A DNA stretch of 6,935 nt from Candidatus Iainarchaeum sp. (GTDB lineage Archaea > Iainarchaeota > Iainarchaeia > Iainarchaeales > CSSED10-239): the NCBI GenBank assembly GCA_028700115.1, contig JAQVTI010000022.1, forward strand, positions 1 through 6,935. Direction: 5' to 3'. Positions 1-6,442 of the stretch are shown one piece after another. Each line of letters begins with the position of its first letter. Position 1 is the first letter of the stretch. The translations under genes were made by a program, and so were the position numbers. The notes beneath the pieces are model-generated. The model was not told where the DNA came from. It searched no databases and saw nothing but the letters and a program-made list of their open reading frames with translations.

Positions 1-54
1 AAAAAGAAAGTAAGACTTGGAAGAAATATTCTGTGGTTTAAAGAAAATGATTAA
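1..54 (+). CDS. Possible C-terminal tail of an upstream plus-strand gene (KKKVRLGRNILWFKEND*)
   Basis: Frame 1 is open from the window edge to TAA at 52-54. Only 17 codons, so coding status cannot be verified. Confidence 0.2.
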   Translation, partial: KKKVRLGRNILWFKEND

Positions 55-82
55 GATGAAAAGAAAGATGTTTTTGTTGTTT

Positions 83-652
83 TTAAATTAAATTATTAAT
101 CTGCTCTTTTATTTTAATGATGGTATCAAAAAATTCGTAACCACTAAAAATTATTTTTTCACCGGGCTTAAATTTTTTTAATATTTTATTTTTTATACAT
201 ACCCCCTTTGCTGTGTGTTGCTTGTGAGTTATAGAGACCCTTATATTTTTTAATTCTCCAAAAATGTCATAACATACTTCGTCTTTTTTTAAATTCTTAA
301 TGTTTGCAATCTTTTGACGATATTTATCCTCCCATAAATTATATATTTGTGTTAAAATTATATTTGTTAGAATTTGGTGTCCACCAGATTCAAATTTTTT
401 ATATATTTCATCAGTAGTTTCAGAAGCAATTAATGGGAGTCCTTCACACACATAATAAATAGGAATCGGATTTTCACAATTTGGCCATATTTTTTTTATT
501 ATCCAAGGATATTTTACTGGTTTTACAAAATCTAAATATACATTTGTTGCTGAAATATAATTTAAATATAATTTAAGTAACTCATCAATTTCTAATAGGA
601 ATTCTGATTTAATCATTGATAATTGTCTTTCAGCAGACATATTTTCACACAT
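83..652 (-). CDS. HEPN-like domain protein, putative RNase/toxin or toxin partner (189 aa)
   Basis: Track ORF. Contains QIYNLWEDKYRQKIA followed by GELKNIRVSITHKQ, with R138-x4-H143 in the usual place of a HEPN RxxxxH motif. C-terminus KKFKPGEKIIFSGYEFFDTI resembles the common uncharacterised family with a 'W(E)xxYR ... RNSIIHN ... KWFKPGDEI' pattern. Starts 9 nt after the stop of the upstream gene. Confidence 0.6.
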   Translation of the reverse strand: MCENMSAERQLSMIKSEFLLEIDELLKLYLNYISATNVYLDFVKPVKYPWIIKKIWPNCENPIPIYYVCEGLPLIASETTDEIYKKFESGGHQILTNIILTQIYNLWEDKYRQKIANIKNLKKDEVCYDIFGELKNIRVSITHKQHTAKGVCIKNKILKKFKPGEKIIFSGYEFFDTIIKIKEQINNLI

Positions 653-661
653 TAATAATTT

Positions 662-2440
662 TTATTTATCAATAATCTCTTTCACATTTTTAAAATTCAT
701 TTTAATATAATTATCTAAATCATGATCAGATAATTTAGATTCCTGCTTTAATTGTTTAATAAATTCGATTACATTTTGACCAGCACCCTTAGGTAAAACA
801 CAATCTATATTTTCTCCTAACGCTTTAATTTCATAAAGAAATTGGGCCCTAGCAATTACAGAAGCCACAGCTACTGAAATATTACTCTCGGCCTTTGGAA
901 TCTTTATTAGATGTATTCTTTTGCCTAAGTTCATCAAACTTTTCTCAACTAATCCATTATCTTCAAATTGATCAGCAATTACTGTTTCACAGTTTATATT
1001 CTGTTTAGACAGCTCAGTTAACAAATTTTCTAAAGATCTCGCATGTTCCCAAGCCAATAATTTATTTAAATTTCTTATTTTACTATATAACTCATTATAT
1101 TTTTTAGGTTTTACGGTTACATTTACCCAATAGATTTCTTTTTTAGTTTTTATTAAATCGAATAGTTCTAATATCTTTTTATCGTTTATTTTCTTAGAAT
1201 CTTTAATTCCACTATTAATTAAAAATGTAATGAAATCTTTATCTCCAGGAACATATGCCGCCACAGTAACTAATGGTCCAAAAATATCTCCTTTCCCAGA
1301 TTCATCTATGCCTATTGCACTAAAAGTATCTGCTTGATTTAATTTCTTATTTTCATCAAATTGAATTATATAAACAGATAATAAATCTCTCATTATTTCT
1401 AAAATATTATAAATAATTTTTTCGGCATCTTTAAAATCAATAATCGGTGGCTTTATAGGATCTGAATGAAATAACTCGTTTCTACTTTTTTGCCAAGTAG
1501 GCCACAATAAAGAAAATAATGTTGAATTAGTTCTATTTATCGTAGGAAATATATTTCTTAATCTTTCAATATTATTATTATCTTTTAAATAAGCACCAAT
1601 TTTATTATTTTTTATAGATTCTGAAGACAGATAAAAATCTTCAGAAAGCTCTCCTACATTATACAATAATTTTAATAAAAAACCTTCATACACAATACCT
1701 AATGGTCGCACTATTTGAGCATAATTTAAAATAGAATCTTTTTTATCTGAAACGATTTGGTATATAGATAACATATCTAATAATTCTACCGTATCATTTG
1801 AATATAAAAATTCAATTAATGCTCTTAATTTATATTTCTCTACTAATCGCTCGTGATATTTAAACATTTTCTCTTTAAATTCATCATAATTTATATCTAT
1901 TTCATTATGATTTTCTTCAAAAATTAATTTTAATGTATTATAGTTTTTTTCAGTACGTTTATTTATTATAAAATCCATAACATCTTTCAAATCTTTGCTT
2001 TCCTTTCCTTGGATATTTATAGTCCCATTATTATAAATTGTAATTGTTGTTGTTAAAAATTTATAATTCTTCTGGCCGTTGAATAGTTGTTCTTTAAATT
2101 CTTTAACTTTTAAAAAATCCTCAATTTTTTTTAAAATTAAATTGTCTAATTTAGAATTAAAACTTACAGATATACTTATCATTCTAGTGCCTTTTTCTAT
2201 TTTAATATTATTTTCTTTAAAATTAGATTCTATTTCTAAACGATTATTTTTTATTTGAGAGAAATCAATATTAGAAGTATTATCTTTTTTCGAATAAATA
2301 CGAATATATCCACATATTTCTTTATTTTTATGCACTAAAATTTGAAATCCATTATTTATTGGATTTGATTTTACAATAGTAAATGGCTGTTTTATTTTAC
2401 TTTTAATATAATTTTCGTCAACCTTAAATAGAACATTCAT
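662..2440 (-). CDS. Fusion protein: TBP-like N-terminal region + HEPN/RnlA-like domain + RNase HII/HIII-type catalytic domain
   Basis: Track ORF 662..2458. The start at 2458 is a GTG. The ATG at 2440 (MNVLFKVDE) is preceded by a GGTG Shine-Dalgarno-like site and is preferred. C-terminus has GIDESGKGDIFGPLV, SGIKDSKKINDKKI, IADQF, IPKAESNISVAVASVIAR, LPKGAGQNV and NFK. The middle has SRNELFHSD. The N-terminal part has TTTITIYNNGTINIQGKES. Confidence 0.85.
   Translation of the reverse strand: MNVLFKVDENYIKSKIKQPFTIVKSNPINNGFQILVHKNKEICGYIRIYSKKDNTSNIDFSQIKNNRLEIESNFKENNIKIEKGTRMISISVSFNSKLDNLILKKIEDFLKVKEFKEQLFNGQKNYKFLTTTITIYNNGTINIQGKESKDLKDVMDFIINKRTEKNYNTLKLIFEENHNEIDINYDEFKEKMFKYHERLVEKYKLRALIEFLYSNDTVELLDMLSIYQIVSDKKDSILNYAQIVRPLGIVYEGFLLKLLYNVGELSEDFYLSSESIKNNKIGAYLKDNNNIERLRNIFPTINRTNSTLFSLLWPTWQKSRNELFHSDPIKPPIIDFKDAEKIIYNILEIMRDLLSVYIIQFDENKKLNQADTFSAIGIDESGKGDIFGPLVTVAAYVPGDKDFITFLINSGIKDSKKINDKKILELFDLIKTKKEIYWVNVTVKPKKYNELYSKIRNLNKLLAWEHARSLENLLTELSKQNINCETVIADQFEDNGLVEKSLMNLGKRIHLIKIPKAESNISVAVASVIARAQFLYEIKALGENIDCVLPKGAGQNVIEFIKQLKQESKLSDHDLDNYIKMNFKNVKEIIDK
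677..1324 (-). other. RNase HII/HIII catalytic domain within the fusion protein
   Basis: The acidic catalytic residues expected for RNase HII/HIII are present: D385-E386 in DESGKGD, D496 in IADQF, and E524 in KAES (ORF-track numbering). The SVAVASVIAR helix, DSKK motif and KGAG motif are also present. Confidence 0.9.
1361..1861 (-). other. HEPN-like ribonuclease domain (RnlA/LsoA Dmd-binding-domain-like)
   Basis: R326-N-E-L-F-H331 (codons at 1466..1483) with an upstream helix VRPLGIVYEGFLLKLLYNVG that could supply the conserved Glu. Predicted all-helical, followed by another helix (DAEKIIYNILEIMRDLL). Confidence 0.6.
1955..2068 (-). other. TBP-like strand/helix segment as in the N-terminus of RNase HIII
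   Basis: NYKFLTTTITIYNNGTINIQGKESKDLKDVMDFIINKR matches the T-x-T-IY-x-x-G-x-x-x-QGK pattern of RNase HIII N-terminal domains. Confidence 0.5.
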
Positions 2441-2608
2441 ATAATTACACCATTTCACAACCTTATAATATATAGTTGCATTAATTATATAAAAGGTTTC
2501 TAGATGATTTGTTCGGCGATTATTTTCTAAAACCTCTTAAATTCTTCCCCAAAGCATAAAATCATAAAAATAAAGAGATTTTTATTTATATTGATCACAT
2601 AATATAGT

Positions 2609-3304
2609 ATGGACTTTGTAAATTTTGAATCAGATATTAATACCATAACCACAACTGCCGGTTATATAGACGCGATAAAAAACGGAATTGTCCCTAAAAT
2701 CTTTAAATATAGACTTACTATAACTGATCATGATGTAATTGGATATATTGAAACAAAAGATAAAATTATTATTCTAGAGATTCAATGTAAAGATCAAAAT
2801 GAATATAATAGCACACAACTTGGAACAATAGACGGCTATAAATCAGAATATGGTTTTTTTACTTCTGGAGGAAATAATTTACCCCAATTTAGAAGAATAC
2901 ACTATACAGAGAACAACGCTTTTTTTGACTGGATAACTGATTACACAAATGTTGAAACTGATGTTAAACCAAGTTCTCCATTAAATCAGATAATTAAATC
3001 ATCAATTCATACAGTATATTGCTTTTCTAATAAATTCAAAAATCAAAAAACCATACTTGTTTTTCCTATTATTTGTATTTCTAATCAAAAAATAAATTCA
3101 GCAGTATATGTAACAAAATTAAAATACGAACAATTTACAAATCCCGCATTTAAGCGTTGGATTACAGAAACTTATAAAATAAAAGAATCTGAAATTAATT
3201 TTAATGGACAGATTCCTATAATTTTATGTAATAAAGAAGGATTAATTAAAATATTAGAAGACATAAAATGCTATAAAGATAAAATACGATTAGCATTAGA
3301 TTAA
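2609..3304 (+). CDS. Hypothetical protein of unknown function (231 aa)
   Basis: Long ORF between divergent and codirectional defense-like genes. No family recognised. The core IGYIETKDKIIILEIQCKDQ is predicted beta-rich. Confidence 0.65.
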   Translation: MDFVNFESDINTITTTAGYIDAIKNGIVPKIFKYRLTITDHDVIGYIETKDKIIILEIQCKDQNEYNSTQLGTIDGYKSEYGFFTSGGNNLPQFRRIHYTENNAFFDWITDYTNVETDVKPSSPLNQIIKSSIHTVYCFSNKFKNQKTILVFPIICISNQKINSAVYVTKLKYEQFTNPAFKRWITETYKIKESEINFNGQIPIILCNKEGLIKILEDIKCYKDKIRLALD

Positions 3305-3500
3305 TAAATAAGGAAACACTATTTAATTTAATTAGCATGTCGTTTGGCTGGTTTTTTGTAAATCCTCAACTTTTTCTTAAATTTTAACAATCTCACAAAT
3401 TTTGAGAGGTTTAAATTTGTTTTGTTGCAGTTATTTATATAATAGTTTAAAAATATATAACCAGTAATTTACTGAAAGTACATTAAAAGAAAGAAGAAAT

Positions 3501-4259
3501 ATGTCAGTTAAAGATTATATGCAAGTTTGTATTAATGGTCATAAGATAAATGGAATGACTTCCCGCCATCCCGAAAATAATAAAGATTTTTGCCCTAAAT
3601 GCGGTGCAAAAACAATTGACTCCTGTCCAAGGTGTGGTGCATTAATTGATGGAGATATAATTGTTAGTGCTGCACATTTCCCTAAATCAGTTTATGATTA
3701 TTGCGGAGAATGTGGTAAACCATTTCCCTGGGCAAAAAACAAAGTGCAAATAAATAGTATAGATAATACAAAAAAGGGAATGACTATAAATCTTAGAAAA
3801 CAACAAGACGAATTATCAAAATACAATACAATTTATGATCAATTAGAAATACATCCAGAAATAAAAAATGTTTCTGAATCTTTATTTAAAACGGAACATT
3901 ATTCTGAAGCAATAGAAGCTTCATTTAAGCAAATTATCTTATTAATTAAAGAAAAAACTAATTACCCAAAAGATAAAAATAATGAATCCGAATTAGATGG
4001 GGCAAAATTAATGCGCGAAGTTTTTAATTTATCTAAAAAAACTCCTCTATTAAAACTTAATAGTCTTGTAACTCAAACAGACATAAATGAACAAGAAGGA
4101 TTTATGAATATTTTCGTTGGAGCAGTCCAAGGAATAAGAAACCCAAAAGCACACGCTAATTTAAATTTAAAAGATCCTCAAAAAGCAATCGAATATATTC
4201 TATTTGCCAGTTTACTTGCAAGAAAAATTGATGAATCAAAATTAAATAAAAAAGAGTAA
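3501..4259 (+). CDS. DUF2321-like zinc-ribbon + TIGR02391/Ymh-like HEPN-domain protein
   Basis: N-terminus VCINGHKI...CPKCGAKTIDSCPRCGALIDGD...YCGECGKPFPW (three Cys-x2-Cys pairs). C-terminus GAKLMREVFNLSKKTPLLKLN...GFMNIFVGAVQGIRNPKAHANL...AIEYILFASLLARKID is typical of the Ymh/TIGR02391 family, with R213-x4-H218. Confidence 0.8.
   Translation: MSVKDYMQVCINGHKINGMTSRHPENNKDFCPKCGAKTIDSCPRCGALIDGDIIVSAAHFPKSVYDYCGECGKPFPWAKNKVQINSIDNTKKGMTINLRKQQDELSKYNTIYDQLEIHPEIKNVSESLFKTEHYSEAIEASFKQIILLIKEKTNYPKDKNNESELDGAKLMREVFNLSKKTPLLKLNSLVTQTDINEQEGFMNIFVGAVQGIRNPKAHANLNLKDPQKAIEYILFASLLARKIDESKLNKKE
3525..3734 (+). other. Multi-cysteine zinc-ribbon region
   Basis: C-x2-C at CPKC, CPRC and CGEC within the first 72 residues. 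Confidence 0.8.
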
Positions 4260-4325
4260 TAGCACATACTATTAGCAAACCTATAAAGGAAAGAAAATAA
4301 TAAAATAGTAAAAAAATGTAACCAA

Positions 4326-5249
4326 TTATAAAAATCCTTTCAATTCATAAATCTTATATTCTTTATATTCCCAATCTATTTGCTTTTCTGTAAATTTCTC
4401 TCTCCAATAGGTGTGGCTATTTCTAACAGTTGAATCTCCAACCAGTATAGAATTTGTATCTGCTTTACTTTGAATTTTTACAACAATATTCATTGTTTCG
4501 CCTATTAAATCTTTGTGTTGTTTATTTTCACCACCAATTATTATAGATGTAACTTCACCAGAATCTAAACCGATTCTAAACTGGAGTTCTGGATATCCTT
4601 GAGATTTTAAAATTGGATTCATTATTTTTTCTATAAATAATTTCATAGTGCTTGCACAATAAACGGCATTGTCAGTCATACCTTGAAAATTCGGTTCTGG
4701 AAAATAAGCAATAATCCCGTCTCCTAAATATTTTAAAACAAATCCCTGGTAATTAGTAACTATATAATCCATTTCTCTAGAAAAAAGAGATATTAATTTT
4801 ACATTTTTATCAGGAGCCAAATTTTGACTTAATTTTGTAGACCCTTTTAAGTCAATAGATAATATTGTATATTTACGCGTATCATTGTTTAATTCTGATA
4901 AAAAATCTTCTGATTTATCTACGGGATTATAATTTTGAACCTCAATGTTTAGAAAGTGTTTTATATAATCTATTCTAGGTAATAATAATTTTTCTATGTC
5001 GTTTTCTTGTGGAGGATTATATCTTAATGGTAATTTGCCTAGATTTTTCATTAATTTATTATATACTTCTTTTTCAAGTATATGAATTTCATCAAATTTA
5101 TCAAACAAATACCATTCTCCATCAATTAATTTTCGGTCATACCTTTTAGGATCTGGCTCAAATCTAAATGTAACAATACCCGTCTCTTCATCTAAATTTT
5201 CTATGTGCTGTATAAAATCCATCCGGCCTATTTTATCAGATAATGGCAT
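4326..5249 (-). CDS. Class III adenylate/guanylate(-like) nucleotidyl cyclase-domain protein
   Basis: Contains YTILSIDLKGSTKLS (metal Asp), GFVLKYLGDGIIAYFPEP (K and second metal Asp), FRIGLDSGEV and HKDLIGETMNIVVKIQSKAD. The track start is 5264. The ATG at 5249 (MPLSDKIG) has a GGGGGGAT upstream and is preferred. Confidence 0.88.
   Translation of the reverse strand: MPLSDKIGRMDFIQHIENLDEETGIVTFRFEPDPKRYDRKLIDGEWYLFDKFDEIHILEKEVYNKLMKNLGKLPLRYNPPQENDIEKLLLPRIDYIKHFLNIEVQNYNPVDKSEDFLSELNNDTRKYTILSIDLKGSTKLSQNLAPDKNVKLISLFSREMDYIVTNYQGFVLKYLGDGIIAYFPEPNFQGMTDNAVYCASTMKLFIEKIMNPILKSQGYPELQFRIGLDSGEVTSIIIGGENKQHKDLIGETMNIVVKIQSKADTNSILVGDSTVRNSHTYWREKFTEKQIDWEYKEYKIYELKGFL
4431..4877 (-). other. 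Class III nucleotidyl cyclase catalytic domain
   Basis: D138 and D182 metal ligands, K178 and D252 base-recognition positions, N259, and K263 where Arg is normally found (track numbering). Confidence 0.8.
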
Positions 5250-5272
5250 AATATCCCCCCACATTAATTATC

Positions 5273-5551
5273 TTAATGATTATCTCCTCGTTGCAATTTA
5301 AGAATAAATTCCCTGTTTCTTTCTATTCTTTCTTCAATTTCTTTAAAATCTTTCTCTTTTAGATTAAAAAATTCATCTAAAGAAGAACCTAAATCACTAG
5401 TACTTTTTATATTTAATTTTATTGCGTCAAACCTTGGTTTTGAAGAATCTAAATAACGCTGTAATCGTTTATTTTCCTCATGTAGATCTTTAATCATATA
5501 ATTAACACTATTAAATCTGAATGTGTTATTTTTAAATATATTAAAATCCAT
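5273..5551 (-). CDS. Small coiled-coil hypothetical protein (92 aa), directly upstream of the cyclase
   Basis: Track ORF 5273..5686, but its first 45 codons run through the terminator-like hairpin and into the HNH gene. The ATG at 5551 (MDFNIFKNN) is preceded by AAAGGTGAAATT, a good ribosome-binding site. C-terminal KEKDFKEIEERIERNREFILKLQRG is predicted helical/coiled-coil. Confidence 0.7.
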   Translation of the reverse strand: MDFNIFKNNTFRFNSVNYMIKDLHEENKRLQRYLDSSKPRFDAIKLNIKSTSDLGSSLDEFFNLKEKDFKEIEERIERNREFILKLQRGDNH

Positions 5552-5632
5552 AATTTCACCTTTAATAAATACCTTTAGTTTTTCAAGTTTATATAGCTTT
5601 CTGGAGTAAATGTCCGGTAATAAACATAAGAA

Positions 5633-5654
5633 TTGGAAACCTAATGGTTTCCAA
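5633..5654 (-). terminator. Perfect 9-bp stem / 4-nt loop hairpin spanning the HNH stop codon
   Basis: Plus strand TTGGAAACC-TAAT-GGTTTCCAA. On the minus-strand transcript it is followed by moderately U-rich TTCTTATGTTTATT. Confidence 0.45.
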
Positions 5655-5868
5655 AACTGTGTGTTCTTTTGTGGCATTCTTGACAAAGAATTTTACAATT
5701 CTCTAACTTATCTGATCCGCCATCAGAAACTGCTTTTATATGGTGTGCTTCCCAACCATACTCACTTTCTTTGCCACGACTTTCCCATAAAAGTTGTTTC
5801 TTACATTTTTCACATTTCCCATCAGCTCTATCCCAAGCCAGTTTTATTGTTGTTTCATCAAATGACAT
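5641..5868 (-). CDS. Small HNH endonuclease (about 75 aa)
   Basis: DGKCEKC...YGWEAHHIKAVSDGGSDKLENCKILCQECHKRTH: CxxC, HH, N and CxxCH motifs. The ATG at 5868 is preferred over the upstream GTG at 5877. AGGAG lies upstream. Confidence 0.88.
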   Translation of the reverse strand: MSFDETTIKLAWDRADGKCEKCKKQLLWESRGKESEYGWEAHHIKAVSDGGSDKLENCKILCQECHKRTHSFGNH

Positions 5869-5881
5869 ATTCTTCACACTC

Positions 5882-6142
5882 CTAGTTTATTTTTCTCCCA
5901 TTTTTCTTTACATCAGCAACAACTCTGCTATAGCTACGTCCAACTGGTTTTATAGCAACAGATTGTCCTGCAATCTTTTTTGTAAGATTTTGCTTTGCAG
6001 AGGTATAACCTCTTTCACCCTTATCAGGGGCATCTACATTTGCTAGACGAATATAGTTAGATCCATTTACTTTAGTTCCAACTTTAAAAGTATCGCCATC
6101 AATTACTTGTGTTACTTTCCTATGTACAATTTTATTATTCAT
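5882..6142 (-). CDS. Short staphylococcal-nuclease-like (thermonuclease/SNase family) protein, 86 aa
   Basis: VTQVIDGDTFKV...IRLANVDAPDKGERGYTSAKQNL...IAGQSVAIKPVGRSYSRVVADV. AAGGAG ribosome-binding site 8-9 nt before the ATG. Confidence 0.85.
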   Translation of the reverse strand: MNNKIVHRKVTQVIDGDTFKVGTKVNGSNYIRLANVDAPDKGERGYTSAKQNLTKKIAGQSVAIKPVGRSYSRVVADVKKNGRKIN

Positions 6143-6229
6143 AATTTTTTCTCCTTATTTTCTGTTTTCTAATATCTAACCCAATGACTAGACAAATCAC
6201 TAACTCTGTACAATAATTATTTCTTAGAA

Positions 6230-6319
6230 TTAAAGTGCACCAATAACTGCAACAATAATAGCAATGAAGATTATTGCAACAACAATCGCTGTTCCATACA
6301 TTATTACTTTCTTAACCAT
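6230..6319 (-). CDS. 29 aa hydrophobic single-span membrane peptide (MVKKVIMYGTAIVVAIIFIAIIVAVIGAL)
   Basis: Manually translated and not in the ORF track. Strong ribosome-binding site AAAGGAGGACATCAG before the ATG. Positive N-terminus followed by a continuous hydrophobic stretch. Confidence 0.6.
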   Translation of the reverse strand: MVKKVIMYGTAIVVAIIFIAIIVAVIGAL

Positions 6320-6442
6320 CTGATGTCCTCCTTTTTGCATTTTTAAAGGACTTAAAAATCAGTATATAAGTTCACTAAGTTAAAAATAAACCTTTATATT
6401 CTTAACCTTTCTTATTATATATTGACTAAACAAGTCCAATAA

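Noticed and set aside
662-1324. Annotating the gene simply as host rnhC (RNase HIII)
   Set aside because: The protein is nearly twice the normal length and carries an internal HEPN-like domain, so a housekeeping rnhC label would be misleading.
2441-2458. GTG start of the fusion ORF (MKWCNY)
   Set aside because: The ATG at 2440 has a better-placed GGTG ribosome-binding-like sequence.
3305-3500. Possible CRISPR or structured RNA in the AT-rich gap (e.g. CTCACAAATTTTGAGAG)
   Set aside because: Only one weak palindrome with no loop and a mismatch, and no regularly spaced direct repeats.
4260-4325. Terminator for the convergent genes 3501..4259 and 4326..5249
   Set aside because: No convincing GC-containing stem was found in the short AT-rich gap.
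5552-5686. N-terminal 45 aa extension of the ORF at 5273..5686
   Set aside because: Overlaps the HNH gene and the hairpin. A better start with GGTGA ribosome-binding site is at 5551.
5610-5885. Plus-strand 91 aa ORF (MSGNKHKNWKPNGFQ...)
   Set aside because: Entirely antisense to the strongly supported HNH gene. No recognisable motif, so judged a shadow ORF.
5771-6046. Plus-strand 91 aa ORF (MPRLSHKSCFLHF...)
   Set aside because: Antisense to both HNH and SNase-like genes and has spurious composition.
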